Below, piece by piece: positions 37,700-49,379 of a stretch of DNA of 64,000 bases. The notes beneath the pieces are model-generated. The model was not told the DNA's origin. It saw only the letters and a list, made by a program, of their open reading frames with translations, and made no database searches. The stretch is from Selaginella moellendorffii. Its lineage: Eukaryota; Plantae; Lycopodiophyta. Each line of letters begins with the position of its first letter. The first letter of the stretch is position 1. The stretch is from NCBI RefSeq assembly GCF_000143415.4, contig NW_003314275.1, forward strand, positions 1,121,955 through 1,185,954, in the 5' to 3' direction. Position numbers and translations under genes: made by a program.

Positions 37700-38920
37700 A
37701 TGGCGATCAAAGGAGGCAAGAGTGCGAGGCGCGCGCTGTGGACGACGGTGCTTGCGATGCTCCTGCTCATGTCGCTCCTGCTCTTGATTCTCCTGGCGGT
37801 GGGATTGCTGGGGGTTCCATCGGGAATCGCTCCTCCGGAGGCGGATATTACCTTGCGGCTACCAAAGGATTTGCTAGAAATGTGGGTGTTTCTGTTTGGT
37901 AATTTTTCCATGTTCTTCTCATCTTCGTAACTCTCTCTCTCTCTCTTTTTTTGTTCCAGGCCCGTGTGGACTGAGACCATTTCCTGGCAACCGCGAGCAT
38001 CCGTCTTTCACAATTTTTTGGTGAGAGGATTTCCTTTCCTTCGTGGCTCTGCTAGATCTTTGAGCTGACGCTGTGGTGATTGATCCGATCCAAACAGTCT
38101 AGCGAGGAATGCGATCATTTAATACGCCTAGCACAGCCCAATATGAAGAGATCCGCCGTCGTAGACAACCAGACTGGAAAGAGCAAGGACAGCAGGTATC
38201 ATAAATTCCAGACTAGAACTTTAGAAAAACTCAAAAGAGAATGCTTTTCTTCCAGGGTCCGGACCAGCTCTGGCACTTTCCTTCGACGAGGACAAGACGA
38301 AATAATCTCTCGGATCGAGGAGAGGATCGCAAAGTTCACGTTTATCCCCAAAGGTGATCTCTCTCAGCGTGTAGAGTTTTTGCGGGTCTAAACACCTGGT
38401 CGGCGTCTCTAGGCAGAGCATGGAGAAGGTCTCCAAGTACTGCACTATGAAGTGGGCCAAAAGTATGACGCGCATCACGATTACTTCCACGACAAGGTTA
38501 ACACGAAGAACGGTGGACAGAGAGTTGCGACCGTGCTCATGTATCTGTGAGTGAACTTGAATGGTTTGTTCTAGCTTCTCTGCTAAATAACCTTTGCTCT
38601 TCTGTAGATCGGATGTGGAAGAGGGGGGAGAGACTGTGTTTCCGAGCGCAAAAGTGAACAGCAGCTCGGTTCCATGGTGGGATGAATTGTCCGAGTGTGC
38701 GAAGAAAGGCGTGTCTGTGAAACCGCGCAAAGGAGATGCGCTCTTGTTCTGGAGCATGTCGCCCGACGCAGAGCTCGACCCTTTTAGTTTGCATGGTAAG
38801 AAAACTTATGCTTTCTTTGGTTTTGCTTCTAACAAGTGATTGGATTCAGGGGGGTGCCCAGTGATCAAAGGCAACAAGTGGTCAGCAACTAAATGGATGC
38901 ACTTGAGGGAGTACGTATGA
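37700..38920 (+). CDS. P4H: Prolyl 4-hydroxylase (2OG-Fe(II) oxygenase), type II membrane, spliced
   Basis: WTETISWQPRASVFHNFL, RTSSGTFL, EHGEGLQVLHYEVGQKYDAHHDYF, GGQRVATVLMYL, LHGGCPVIKGNKWSATKWMH. Confidence 0.95.
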
Positions 38921-39229
38921 TAGCAATAAAATCTAATTAACAGTGAAACTTCTTCTCAAGAACCATGAGAATCAGTTTATTTGTGTGATGTCCTATGTCC
39001 CTGATAAGGATCCACAGTTCTCAAAGTACTCATAGACACACCAAGCTTTGGAAAACCAAAGATATATGTCGTGATCACGTCTTTTCTTCTTTTGGTGGAG
39101 CAACACACACACCTAGAAGATAATATTTGCGATTCATCAAAAAACGTCATTGAGTTTGACAAGTTTTTCTCATATAAACTTATTTTGTCTAAACTATAAT
39201 TTAATTAAAATATAATTTAACTAGAATAT

Positions 39230-40198
39230 TTAAAAAGAATTTATCCATATGCATGTTTGATCTCTTATATCATTCACAACAATATGCCCCGATGGCTCGA
39301 TGCACATAACATAGAGAAGACCACACCAGCGCCCACAGTTCTTGTTGTTGCTCCACATAACCTTCCGATTCTCATCATAAACAACAAGCTCTCCATTCAA
39401 CTGCAGCCTCATGTAACATTCTCTCCCCCAGTTCTGCGTGTTGGTTGCCCACACCGCCTGATTCCCAAGATATAAAACAAGGTTGCAATCTCTTTGCATT
39501 CGGAGAAAATAAACTCCATCAGCAGATTCAAGATAGCCATCAGTATCAATGCGTGAGATGTCCGAGTCCTCCCCCCCACTCCACAAGCAAGACTTATAAA
39601 CCCAACAATCTGGTATGTGCTCTTCATTGTCGCCAGGACGATCCAAGAGCTCTGTAACATTCCTAAGTTGTAGATAGTCAAGGCTTTTGCTACGATTCAC
39701 ATGATACTGGTCGAGTATCCTAAGAGAGTCCGAGTCCGAGTCAGAGGCTTCATACACAGTGTACCTGATCCAGAGCCTCTCGTGAATAATCTCCATAGCA
39801 GCATAGTTTAGCCTTGTCAACTCGAGATTAGCAAGAATATTGTAGAGATTCATGAAGCCCATCATCAGCCTTGTGCCGGGCCTCTGGAGAATCCCCAGCG
39901 ATGGGAAGATACTACACATGAGAAGCTCGTCCAAAACACTCCTCCACGTCTCGGCAATGCCAATTGTTATGGAGACCATACGACCTTCGACCTCCAGAGT
40001 GGCATCTCCAAATGTTAATCCAGCTGAATACGACTGGACCCTGGAGATGCGCATGATAACTTCCACAATCTTGCGGAAGATCATCGCGCGGCTGGACGAA
40101 AGAATGTTTCCAGGGCCTCCTCGCCGAACAATCACCGAAACACATCCACTGGAGAGGATTGTCAAAATAAGACCAGCAACAGCAGTAGCGATTTTCAT
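39230..40198 (-). CDS. Secreted protein: signal peptide + unrecognised ~180-aa domain + C-terminal bulb-type (GNA/B-type) lectin
   Basis: Intronless 322-aa ORF with a hydrophobic N-terminus. LRMQRDCNLVLY..AVWATNT matches QxDxNxVxY. The second site is degenerate (QLNGELVVY). Confidence 0.85.
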   Translation of the reverse strand: MKIATAVAGLILTILSSGCVSVIVRRGGPGNILSSSRAMIFRKIVEVIMRISRVQSYSAGLTFGDATLEVEGRMVSITIGIAETWRSVLDELLMCSIFPSLGILQRPGTRLMMGFMNLYNILANLELTRLNYAAMEIIHERLWIRYTVYEASDSDSDSLRILDQYHVNRSKSLDYLQLRNVTELLDRPGDNEEHIPDCWVYKSCLWSGGEDSDISRIDTDGYLESADGVYFLRMQRDCNLVLYLGNQAVWATNTQNWGRECYMRLQLNGELVVYDENRKVMWSNNKNCGRWCGLLYVMCIEPSGHIVVNDIRDQTCIWINSF

Positions 40199-41890
40199 TC
40201 TTTTCTATTGTGAGGTTTGTATGAAAAGAAGAAGGAACCATTTCTATGTCACACCTTCTCTCATGACATTTGAAACTTATATTCAAGTGTGCGAATATAC
40301 TTTAGAAAGTCCACCGTGACTTTGTGATAGCTGTTGGATGGAAGCATAAAGTCTAAGGGGAGAAAATGGAAACCTGTCATACATGTCAAAAATCTTGAGT
40401 GTAGTGTCAAGACACAGTGTATTATGTAATGCGTTGTTATGTAGACATTGTTGCAGTGCAACAATAAGGATGGTTGACAAGAGCAAGCTCATACTCGAAG
40501 TAGCATATATGTGCACACGAAGTGTGAATGATCAAACAGCTCAACTGACAACCATCCCACAGTGGCCTGGGTTTATGAAGAGGATCAAGTAGAGGAAAGT
40601 CATTAGGGCCAATGTGCAATTCTTTGAGAAGTTCTCTCAAATGTGTTGATAAGGTTGCATGATGTTTTTCACTTGCTGCCATGATTGTTGAATTTCACAA
40701 CTTAGGAGACAGTTCAAAGATATGGCTTGGGTTCAGTAATTAAACTATTAAATTATAATTATTATAACTGATAATAAAGATAAGTATTGAAAACATTAAT
40801 TTGTTGTATTTAATTTCAAGTATTTCAATGCAAAGCAGCCACAATGATTATTTTGCTACTTGCTTTCCATCAGCTACGAACTGAGGATATCACAAATGGG
40901 AATTGAGTAAAATTAGTATTAAAAACCAAATATGATTAAAGAGTGAAGAAAGTAGATAATTTTCTTTTAAAATAAATTATTAGCATATAATAAAACCATT
41001 TTTAAAGTAAATACTGCTATCTAACTTTTGGTATCTAACTTAAAATGTTACAAAAATATTAAGTTTTTTTTTTGAAAAAAATTAAAAATTGTGAAACCTC
41101 TAGACAATCCCCAATGTGTAAAAATTATATAATGATTAAATGTAATAATAGATTAGAGTACCATTCAAAAGTATTAAAACCTAAAACTTAGATATTAAAA
41201 TTATTAAAATGATATTATTTTTAAATTAATTTACTTTATTTAAATAAAATATTTATGTTTGTAAAAGATTTATATTCTTAAAATTTAATTTTTATTTTCT
41301 CCTCAATTGGCAAAAAATTATAATGCACACTTGCATATAGATTTTGTGAACAATACAAGTGATAATTTCATAAATTAATTTTTTTAATATAGTTTTTTAA
41401 ATTATTTAAAAGAATAAAGAAATATTATTTTGATAATTTTATTTCTTCTTATTTATTCTTCCATTTTCTTGATCTTTTTAATCAATGTTATTCATATTAT
41501 TCTATATATATAATACTTAATTTAGATATTAGAATTTCTATCAAATTATTCTATGTAAAGATAGATAATGTGTAATTTAGAAAATTCTGGTAGATGAATT
41601 ATTAATAACTGAAGCATAGACTATATAATTCTCTCTTCAATATCTATGAATCTTGATTAACATTTAGGTTAGAGGTGATAATTTGACACTAAAGTGTTTA
41701 AAATATACAAGAAAACTAAGGTTCATGCAAATGCTGGGCTTGCTCGCTGGGCCGCGGAGAATTTGGCCGGATGTGGGACGCTAAGGCCAGAGTTCTCCAG
41801 GAAGCTTGAATGCCGGGATGATCGGACGGGTATCATTCAAATGGGAGCTGGGGTTGCTATCCGACGGCTGGCGATCGTCTTCTCTAGCAG

Positions 41891-43880
41891 ATGGACAGGG
41901 CGGGGATCAAGGATGCCGTAAAGAGGTTGGAGCTTGGTGGTCGGCCGGTGGACACTACAACTTACGCAGATCTTCTACGACATTGTGGCAATGCTAAGGC
42001 TCTTGCAGAAGGCCGGAAGATTCACGAGCTTGTAGCGAGTTCCGGGCATGGGGAGGATCCATTTCTGGGGAACTTGCTCGTGAGAATGTATGGCAGCTGC
42101 GGGAGATTGCAAGAGGCTCTGGAAGTTTTCAACAATCTCAAGAGAAGGGACGTGTTCTCCTGGAATGTGATGCTGGCGGCGTATGCCCAGAACGGGCATC
42201 TCCAAGAAGCGGCTGAGGTGTTTGATCGAATGCCACTGAAGAGCTCCTCCTCCTGGAACGCGATGATCACGGCTTACTCTCTCGTCGGGCGTGTGCTGGA
42301 AGCGAGAATGCTCTTCGATAAGATGATCGAGAGGACAGTCATCTCTTGGAACACCATCATCGTCACGTATGCCCAGAACGGGCATCCCGCGGAAGCTCTC
42401 TACATGTTTAAGACGATGGACTTGAGTGGATTCCAGCCCAACAAGGTGAGCTTCCTCGCAGTGCTCAACGCTTGTGGTAACGCTGGACTGCTTTCTCAGG
42501 CCAGGATAGTTCACTGCTTGGTGATCGAGAGTGGCTTCCAGTCGGATATCATGGTCGCCACCCATGTATGGGAAGTGTGGAAGCCTGGACGATGCCTTGG
42601 CGGTGTTCCATGCGCTTCCTAGCCGAGACGTGGTGGCTACCAACGCGATGATCACAGCGTACGCTCAGAACAAACACTTGCCACAAGCCAGGGAGCTCTT
42701 CGAGAGCACGAAGCGGAAGAGTATCATTTCCTGGAACACAATGATCGCTGCCTACATCCAAGCCGGTGAAATCCAGGAAGCTAGAGCCTTATTGGATCGA
42801 ATGGAGCTGAAGAATACGGCCTCCTGGAACACCCTCTTGGCAGGCTATGCTCACAGCGGACACCTCCAAGAAGCTCTAACGCTCTTCGCGATCATGAACT
42901 TGGAAGCTCGCGAGCTGCCGGACAAAGTTACCTTTGTGACGATGCTCGACGTTTGCGGGAACCTCAAGAACTCGGCAGCCGGGGAGGAGATCGACGCGGC
43001 AGTGACTTCAAGTGGCCTCTGGCAAGACGTGACGGTCGGGAACGCGCTCGTTTGCATGCACGGGAGATGTGGACGAATGGAGGTCGCCAGGAGCCTGTTC
43101 GAGAGGATGGAGCACAGAGATGGCGTGCTGTGGACGACGATGGTGGCAGCCTACGCGCAAAACAATCTCCTGGATCAAGCCCGGGCTACGTTCGACGCGA
43201 TGCCGGACAAGCTCTCGCTCGTTGCCCCCTGGAACGCGATGATCTCGGCCTACGTCCGCTGCGGAGAGAATTCATCCGGAGTGATGCTCTTCCTCCTCAT
43301 GGACCTGGAAGGCGGCCGAGCGAAGGAGATCACGCTGGTCTGCGTCTTCGAGGCTTGCACCACTCCATCCCAGCTCGCCACCGGACGAAGAATCCGAACG
43401 CTCTGGCGAGAACCAGCTGCTAAACCATCCGGCCGTGAGAACCTCGCTCGTCAACATGTATGGAAAGTGTGGCAAGCTTGCGGAAGCTCGGGCCATCTTC
43501 GACGCGGTTGCAGCGTCCCAGCGCGGAGATCTGGTGCTCTTCTCGGCGATGATGGCGGCCTACGCGCAGAGCGGCCACAGCAAGGAATCGTTGGAGCTCT
43601 TTGGCGTCATGGCTCTCGATGGTATACCGCCGACGGACGTCACGTTTATCAGCGTCTTGGCGGCGTGCAGCCACGCGGGCCTGGCCAAGGACGCGCGGTA
43701 CCACTTCGTGGCCATGGCTGGCGACTACAGGATCGCGGCGAGCTTGGATCACTATATCTGCATGGTGGACGTGTTGGGGAGGTCCGGAAAGGTGGCGGAG
43801 GCGGGGGAGTTTGTGGGTGTGATGCCGTTTGTGCCGGATGCTGTGCCGTGCAAGACTTTGCTGGAAGAGATGAACAGTGC
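41891..43880 (+). pseudogene. PLS-class pentatricopeptide repeat gene with two frameshifts (~42562, ~43397), truncated in the E region
   Basis: Repeated MYGKCG, SWNAMI and VTFISVLAACSHAG motifs across three frames. Frame breaks coincide with short deletions in conserved motifs. Confidence 0.85.
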
Positions 43881-44492
43881 AGTACCCATCATAGCTGTTG
43901 GTCACATGGGCATTTTAATCATTGCAATTTACAAAGCCAAACAAGCCTTTGGAAACAAGATAATCTTAAGTCCGTACAGACAGAGGGACGAAATAACGAC
44001 CTTGATTGACATCTTTCTTAATAGCAAAGAAGTGGAAGAAAGAAAATTATTTAAGAGAAGGAAGGAAAAAGGTGAATGCTCCAGTAACAAGCTCCACGAA
44101 ATGAAGGAGATGGCAGTAGGGCAGCGAGCAGCAGCATTGTAAAGAGAATATTTGGCTGGCCATGGCGTGTGAGGAACCAGAGGAGCCACCTCCACTGCTC
44201 TGGGAGTCGTGAGGCCGCAATGCGAGGTAACAATCCCATGCCATCAATCTAGGAGCTGGGCTGTGCAGTTTTTCGCGCGAATCGCTCGCATTCCCGCTGC
44301 TCTGTCGTGGGTCGAGGCCGCGGCCGGCGATTGGCGCCGAATCGGGCGCGCCCACCAGCGCAATCGCGAGTGGGAAACAGAGCAGTGGCTGGAATGGAGC
44401 TAGATCTGCCGAATTCGCTCGGAATCTGAGCGCTTGGGTGTGAATCTGAGGGTGCCCTGTGCGTGTCTGTGCCTCCAGAATCGTAGGAATCC

Positions 44493-45569
44493 ATGGGAGG
44501 CAAAAAGGGTGGGAGCACCTGGTTCTCTGCCGTCAAAAAGGCGTTTAGATCGTCTTCTTCCTCGCCTTCTAAGGACGATTCGAGCAAGAATGCGAGCCCC
44601 GCGCTCCATCCTGATCCGGTACGTATAGAGCATCCCCGACCATCTTTTCTCTCTGGATCTAAAGCATCGAGGAATGACTATACTGGTGAATGATGTGTCG
44701 TCTTCGTCTTCTCGCAACGATCTCTCATGGAAACTAAACGTTCTCTGTCTCTCTGGATAGATCGATGTAGTCCAAAAGGAGAAGAAGCGATGGGGATTTC
44801 GCAGATCTTCCCGCCGCGGAGGGAGCAACGCCAGCAAGCCTCCATTGATCCAGGCGGAAGAACAGCAGAGCAAGCACGCCATGGCCGTGGCTGTCGCCAC
44901 CGCCGCCGCTGCCGAGGCCGCCGTGGCTGCTGCTCAAGCCGCTGCCGCGGTGGTCCGCCTCACTGGATCGCGCAGGAGCGAGGACTGGGCCGCCATAAAA
45001 ATCCAGACTGCCTTTCGAGGCTACCTGGTAAGCACTCGCGAGTCCTCCATTCCTGTCTTCCTACGTGAAAGAAAGATGATGATACAGTATAGAACTTTCT
45101 TTCGCTGTTCTTGATTTGTGGATTGATTGGCAGGCACGGCGAGCTTTGCGAGCGCTCAAAGGATTGGTGCGTCTGCAAGCTTTAGTGCGTGGCCACTCGG
45201 TGAGGCGCCAAGCAGTGACAACTTTGCGTTGTATGCAAGCTTTGGTGCGAGTGCAAGCTAAAGTGCGAGCCAGGAGGATCAGCCTGTCCGAGGAAGGAAG
45301 GAAGCAAGAAGATCTCCTTCTCAAACCATCCATGGTGAGCTCTCTGGATCCAAACTTCTAGTCTTGCTTAGCTTGTTTCTTGGTGTTCCAGGCCGTGGAT
45401 ACAAGCGGCTGGAACGACAGTACCCAGACAACGCAGGAGCTCCAGGCAAAAATGCAAACTCGCCAAGAAGCTGCCATCAAACGCGAGCGAGCGCTAGCTT
45501 ATGCCTTCTCACATCAGGTAAGTTCTTCCGATCGACCACTGTTTTCGTCCTGTTAGCTTGCAAAGTTTT

Positions 45570-45606
<37 letters not shown>

Positions 45607-45771
45607 CTCTTGTCACAGTTATGGAAAGATGGCGATGCGCAGCTCCTCATGGACTACGATTCCGACAAGCCACACTGGGGATGGAGCTGGATGGAGAGAT
45701 GGATGGCAGCTCGGCCATGGGAGAGCAAAGTCAGTCCTCAAGACGAGGCCGAGCTCCTCCTCCTCCAGCAC

Positions 45772-45802
<31 letters not shown>

Positions 45803-46410
45803 TCAGATCATCCTCTCGAAAGTCATCACCATCGCCAAACCTCCGAAACATCTCCACCACCAACCCCGGGACACCGGGAACCCAGACTCCAAAGAAGCAC
45901 CACCTCCGCTCCTCGGGAGTGAGCCCCCGGAGCCTACGAACCGCGCTGCTCAACACCGCCGCCTCCGCCATCATCGCCAACGACGATCAAAACAGCGTTG
46001 CCTCCACGGTTCGCAGCACTCCCAGCTTGCCGGTGGGAGCTTTCGCTCGCTTCGCAAACAAGTCGAGCATCGCGGCCAGCTCCATCCGCGACGACGAGAG
46101 CATCGAGAATTGTATCTCCCCGGCGGCCTCGTCCAACGTCGCCATGGTTCCAAACTACATGGCCGCCACCGAGTCGGCTCGAGCCAAGGCGAGGTCTCAC
46201 AGCACTCCCAGGCTTCGTCCGGGAACTCCGGAGAGAGATTTGGTGCTGGGCGCTCGCCGGAAGCTCTCGTTTCACGAACACGGAGGAGGAGGCGGAGCGC
46301 TGGCTCACTCGGGATCCATGAGAGCTGCCTCGAATCCAAAGTCGGCCTTTTACGCCCAGAGGAGTCCCAGTCTCAAGGGCTTTGATTCTCATGCCACTGC
46401 TGCTGCTTGA
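44493..46410 (+). CDS. IQD: IQ67-domain calmodulin-binding protein (IQD family)
   Basis: [46 protein letters not shown]|[41 protein letters not shown] and [13 protein letters not shown] motifs. Conserved intron inside the IQ67 domain. Confidence 0.95.
45572..45603. repeat. (CT)n microsatellite in IQD intron; a (CAG)n polyQ tract lies at ~45770-45800
   Basis: Direct observation. Confidence 0.9.
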
Positions 46411-46809
46411 TCTATCCTCTCAATGTGTTGACCACCTTCGTTTTTCATCTTCTTTGTTTTATTCTTTCTTTTCCTTCCTCGCTGCTTTGGATTGTAAACT
46501 AACACTTGTAATCATACATAGATTGTTTGTAGCAATATAGTTTATGTTTTGGGTGAAGATATAAAGAAAGGGTGTTAAAGGATGGTTTGTTATTATTATT
46601 ATTATAGTTTTACAAAAAAAGTTTTTTTCACTGTGATATTATCAGTCATGAATATAGAATTTAATATACTATAATAATAGTTTATCAAATTCTAGAGTCA
46701 TGACTGAATATAAAGTTTCTACAAATTAAAAATCACAAATTTAAACATTATGAATATTTTAGTATACATGCACATATTTTTGCAATAAATTTTTTTTTTA
46801 AATGCAAAT

Positions 46810-46905
46810 GCTGCTGCTTGATCTATCATCTATGCGTGACCTTCATCTTCTTTGTTTTCTTTCTCTTTTCCTTCCTTGCTGCTTTGGATTGTAAACTAAC
46901 ACTTC
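46810..46905 (+). repeat. Duplicate of the IQD stop codon / 3' UTR segment (46400-46508)
   Basis: GCTGCTGCTTGATCTATC...GCTGCTTTGGATTGTAAACTAACACTT present twice. Confidence 0.85.
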
Positions 46906-47160
46906 TGACAAATCATACTAGCAATTTTGTGTATCTTAATATTATTGTTGTATATTATAAAATTATCGTTAACATATTTATTTTGTTATTGTTATGAAAA
47001 TTCCAAAGGGGAAACTTATATATTTGGGGAAAATGTAATTATTGTTGTCAAATTAGGGCTGACAGAGCTTGCCCTACAGTAATTTTTCCCGCCAAATGGA
47101 TCATTTGAGCGATTCTAGGGCTACTTCGCCAAATAGGGCAGCGATAGCGATCGAGAGACA

Positions 47161-48650
47161 ATGCAGCGCCGGCAGCTGTTAGAGAAGATCTACGCACCCT
47201 TTAAGGGTCTTCTGGAGCACTCCCAAGAATGCAACGCGCTTGCTGCATCAGGTCAGGTATGGGAGACGTGGTTCCAGCCATTCAGCAAAATGGATGTCGA
47301 TTTGAGGTATCAAGAGGGTCACCGAAAGATTCTAGACGCCCTGGCGCAGTTTCACAGTGGTGAAAGAGGACCTGTTTGCAGCTCGGCTTGTGAGACTTGT
47401 AGCACCCAACTTTCTCCAGTTTGATGATGCGAGTGGTGTACGCCGAGACTTTAGCTCCTTGCTACGTAGCGGCAGGGCACCAGGATTTAGCGACGAAGAG
47501 GTACAGATCACAGCAAACACACAAGAAGCCATCAACAGGATGCTTGAGAATCAGGCTTACATAGGACTGGAGGAAGAGAAGGAGTACCATAAGATCCTCC
47601 ATAAGTTTGGCTGCCCTCCACCAATGCTACCACGGTTGAAGGTATTCTTCACTCCATTTCCGGAGCGAGTGCTGGCGCTATCATGCCACGCAGGTAGAAG
47701 ATAAAAATCAAACTCTTTTTGTGTTGCTCATTGTTTTTTGTGCAGCTATGAGGGAGTGGGACAAGTTAGAGAGTTGGAGAAGCACGCACGGGGCGTTACC
47801 AGGTAGAAAATAAATCAAGTCTGTGTTTGTAATAATGTTTTTGCTGCAGGTATGGCGGAGTCGGAGGAACACGAGTTGGATAACCATGGGCCGCGTAGGC
47901 GTGCAAATATGTCCACTGAGGACGAGGTCGAAGTCGAAGAAACGTCCGTGGAAACTCGGGAGGAAATGGGGTCCGAGCCAGGTACAAAGATAAAATCAAG
48001 AGTGTGTTGTTAGTCATGGTTTTTTGGTGCAGCTATGGAGGAACACGAACCAAAGGCGGATTCTCTACTGTGCTCTTCCACTTTCACCGAGGACAAGGTC
48101 GAAGTCGAAGAAACGTCCGTGGAAACTCGGGAGGAAATGGAGTCCGAGCCAGGTACAAAGATAAAATCATTAGTGTGTTGTTAGTCATGGTTTTTTGGTG
48201 CAGCTATGGAGGAACAGATTCTCTACTGTGCTCTTCCACTTTCACCGAGGACGAGGTCGAAGTCGAAGAAACGTCCGTGGAAACTCGGGAGGAAATGGAG
48301 GCCGAGAAGTCAGAGCCAGGTAAACGATAGATAAAATCAATCGTGTGTTCTTAGTAATAAATTTTTGGTGCAGCTATGCCGGAGCATGAGCTGGATAACC
48401 ATGGGCCGCGTAGGCGTGCAAATACGAGTATCAAAGAGAGTGAAGAAAGAGCACTAGAAGCGGCTCCAAGAGTGGATTCTCTACTGTGCTCTTCCACTTT
48501 GACTGAGGACGAGGTCGAAGTCGAGGAAAAAGCCAGGTAAAAAAGCCAGGTAAAAAGATACAATCAAGACTGTATTGCTAGTAATAGTTTTTTGGTGTAG
48601 CTATGCCGGAGTCGGAGCTTGCGAGAGTCTGAAAATCCATGGAGACTTAG
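47161..48650 (+). pseudogene. Unknown gene with an acidic C-terminus built from tandem exon-intron units (some units frameshifted)
   Basis: Six related ~50-nt GT...CAG/TAG introns alternate with related exons encoding EDEVEVEETSVETREEM. No known family recognised. Confidence 0.55.
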
Positions 48651-48785
48651 TTAACTAGTAAGTACGTAGTCGACATTTTTGGATCGAAGTTAACCAGCAC
48701 CGTCCAAAGTCGCATATCTGGAAATCGGACGGTCAACATGCCAGATTATATTCGAGAATAAACCTGAAACTTAGGGTTCACAGAG

Positions 48786-49379
48786 ATGGGTTTGGTAAAG
48801 GCGGTCCTTCGCGGTGTCGTGGTTGATTTGGATGGAACGCTACGGATCCCGCCCACGCTCGACCTGCGGGCGCTGAAAGCCACGGTTGCGAGCCGTGTCT
48901 ACTCATCCCCAAAGGAAGCGGAGCTGGCATTGCAGGCGGTAGAAAGGGCTGGGAGGTCCAACAAATGGGCACTCCCTGGGGCGGCAGAGTTATGCAGCTT
49001 TATCGACTCCAAGAAGCTCCGGCGCGGGATGATCACCCGGAGCAGCACAAGAGACGCGGAGAATTTCGAGGCGGAGGAGCTGGCCGTCGGTTCCAGATTC
49101 TCGCCGATACTTGGGAATGAGGCCTCGGCGATGAAGCCGTCGCCTCAGCCGCTGCTGCGCGTGTGCGAAACGTGGGGCGTCAACCCTGGCGAAGTTTTGA
49201 TGGTGGGAGATTCCGCGAAGGACGATGTCGCGTGTGGGAAGAGCGCGGGGGCGATGACTTGCTTGGTCGATCCATTGTTTCGCTACAAGATTGACGAGCT
49301 CCCTCTTCACCAGCGACCCGATTTCAAGGTGCATTCGCTCCATGAGCTCAAGGCGCTCATCGACGACATGTGTGTATGA
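48786..49379 (+). CDS. HAD-superfamily hydrolase, intronless, 197 aa
   Basis: Motif I VVVDLDGTL, motif II ITRS, motif III KPSPQP, motif IV MVGDSAKDD. Confidence 0.9.
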   Translation: MGLVKAVLRGVVVDLDGTLRIPPTLDLRALKATVASRVYSSPKEAELALQAVERAGRSNKWALPGAAELCSFIDSKKLRRGMITRSSTRDAENFEAEELAVGSRFSPILGNEASAMKPSPQPLLRVCETWGVNPGEVLMVGDSAKDDVACGKSAGAMTCLVDPLFRYKIDELPLHQRPDFKVHSLHELKALIDDMCV

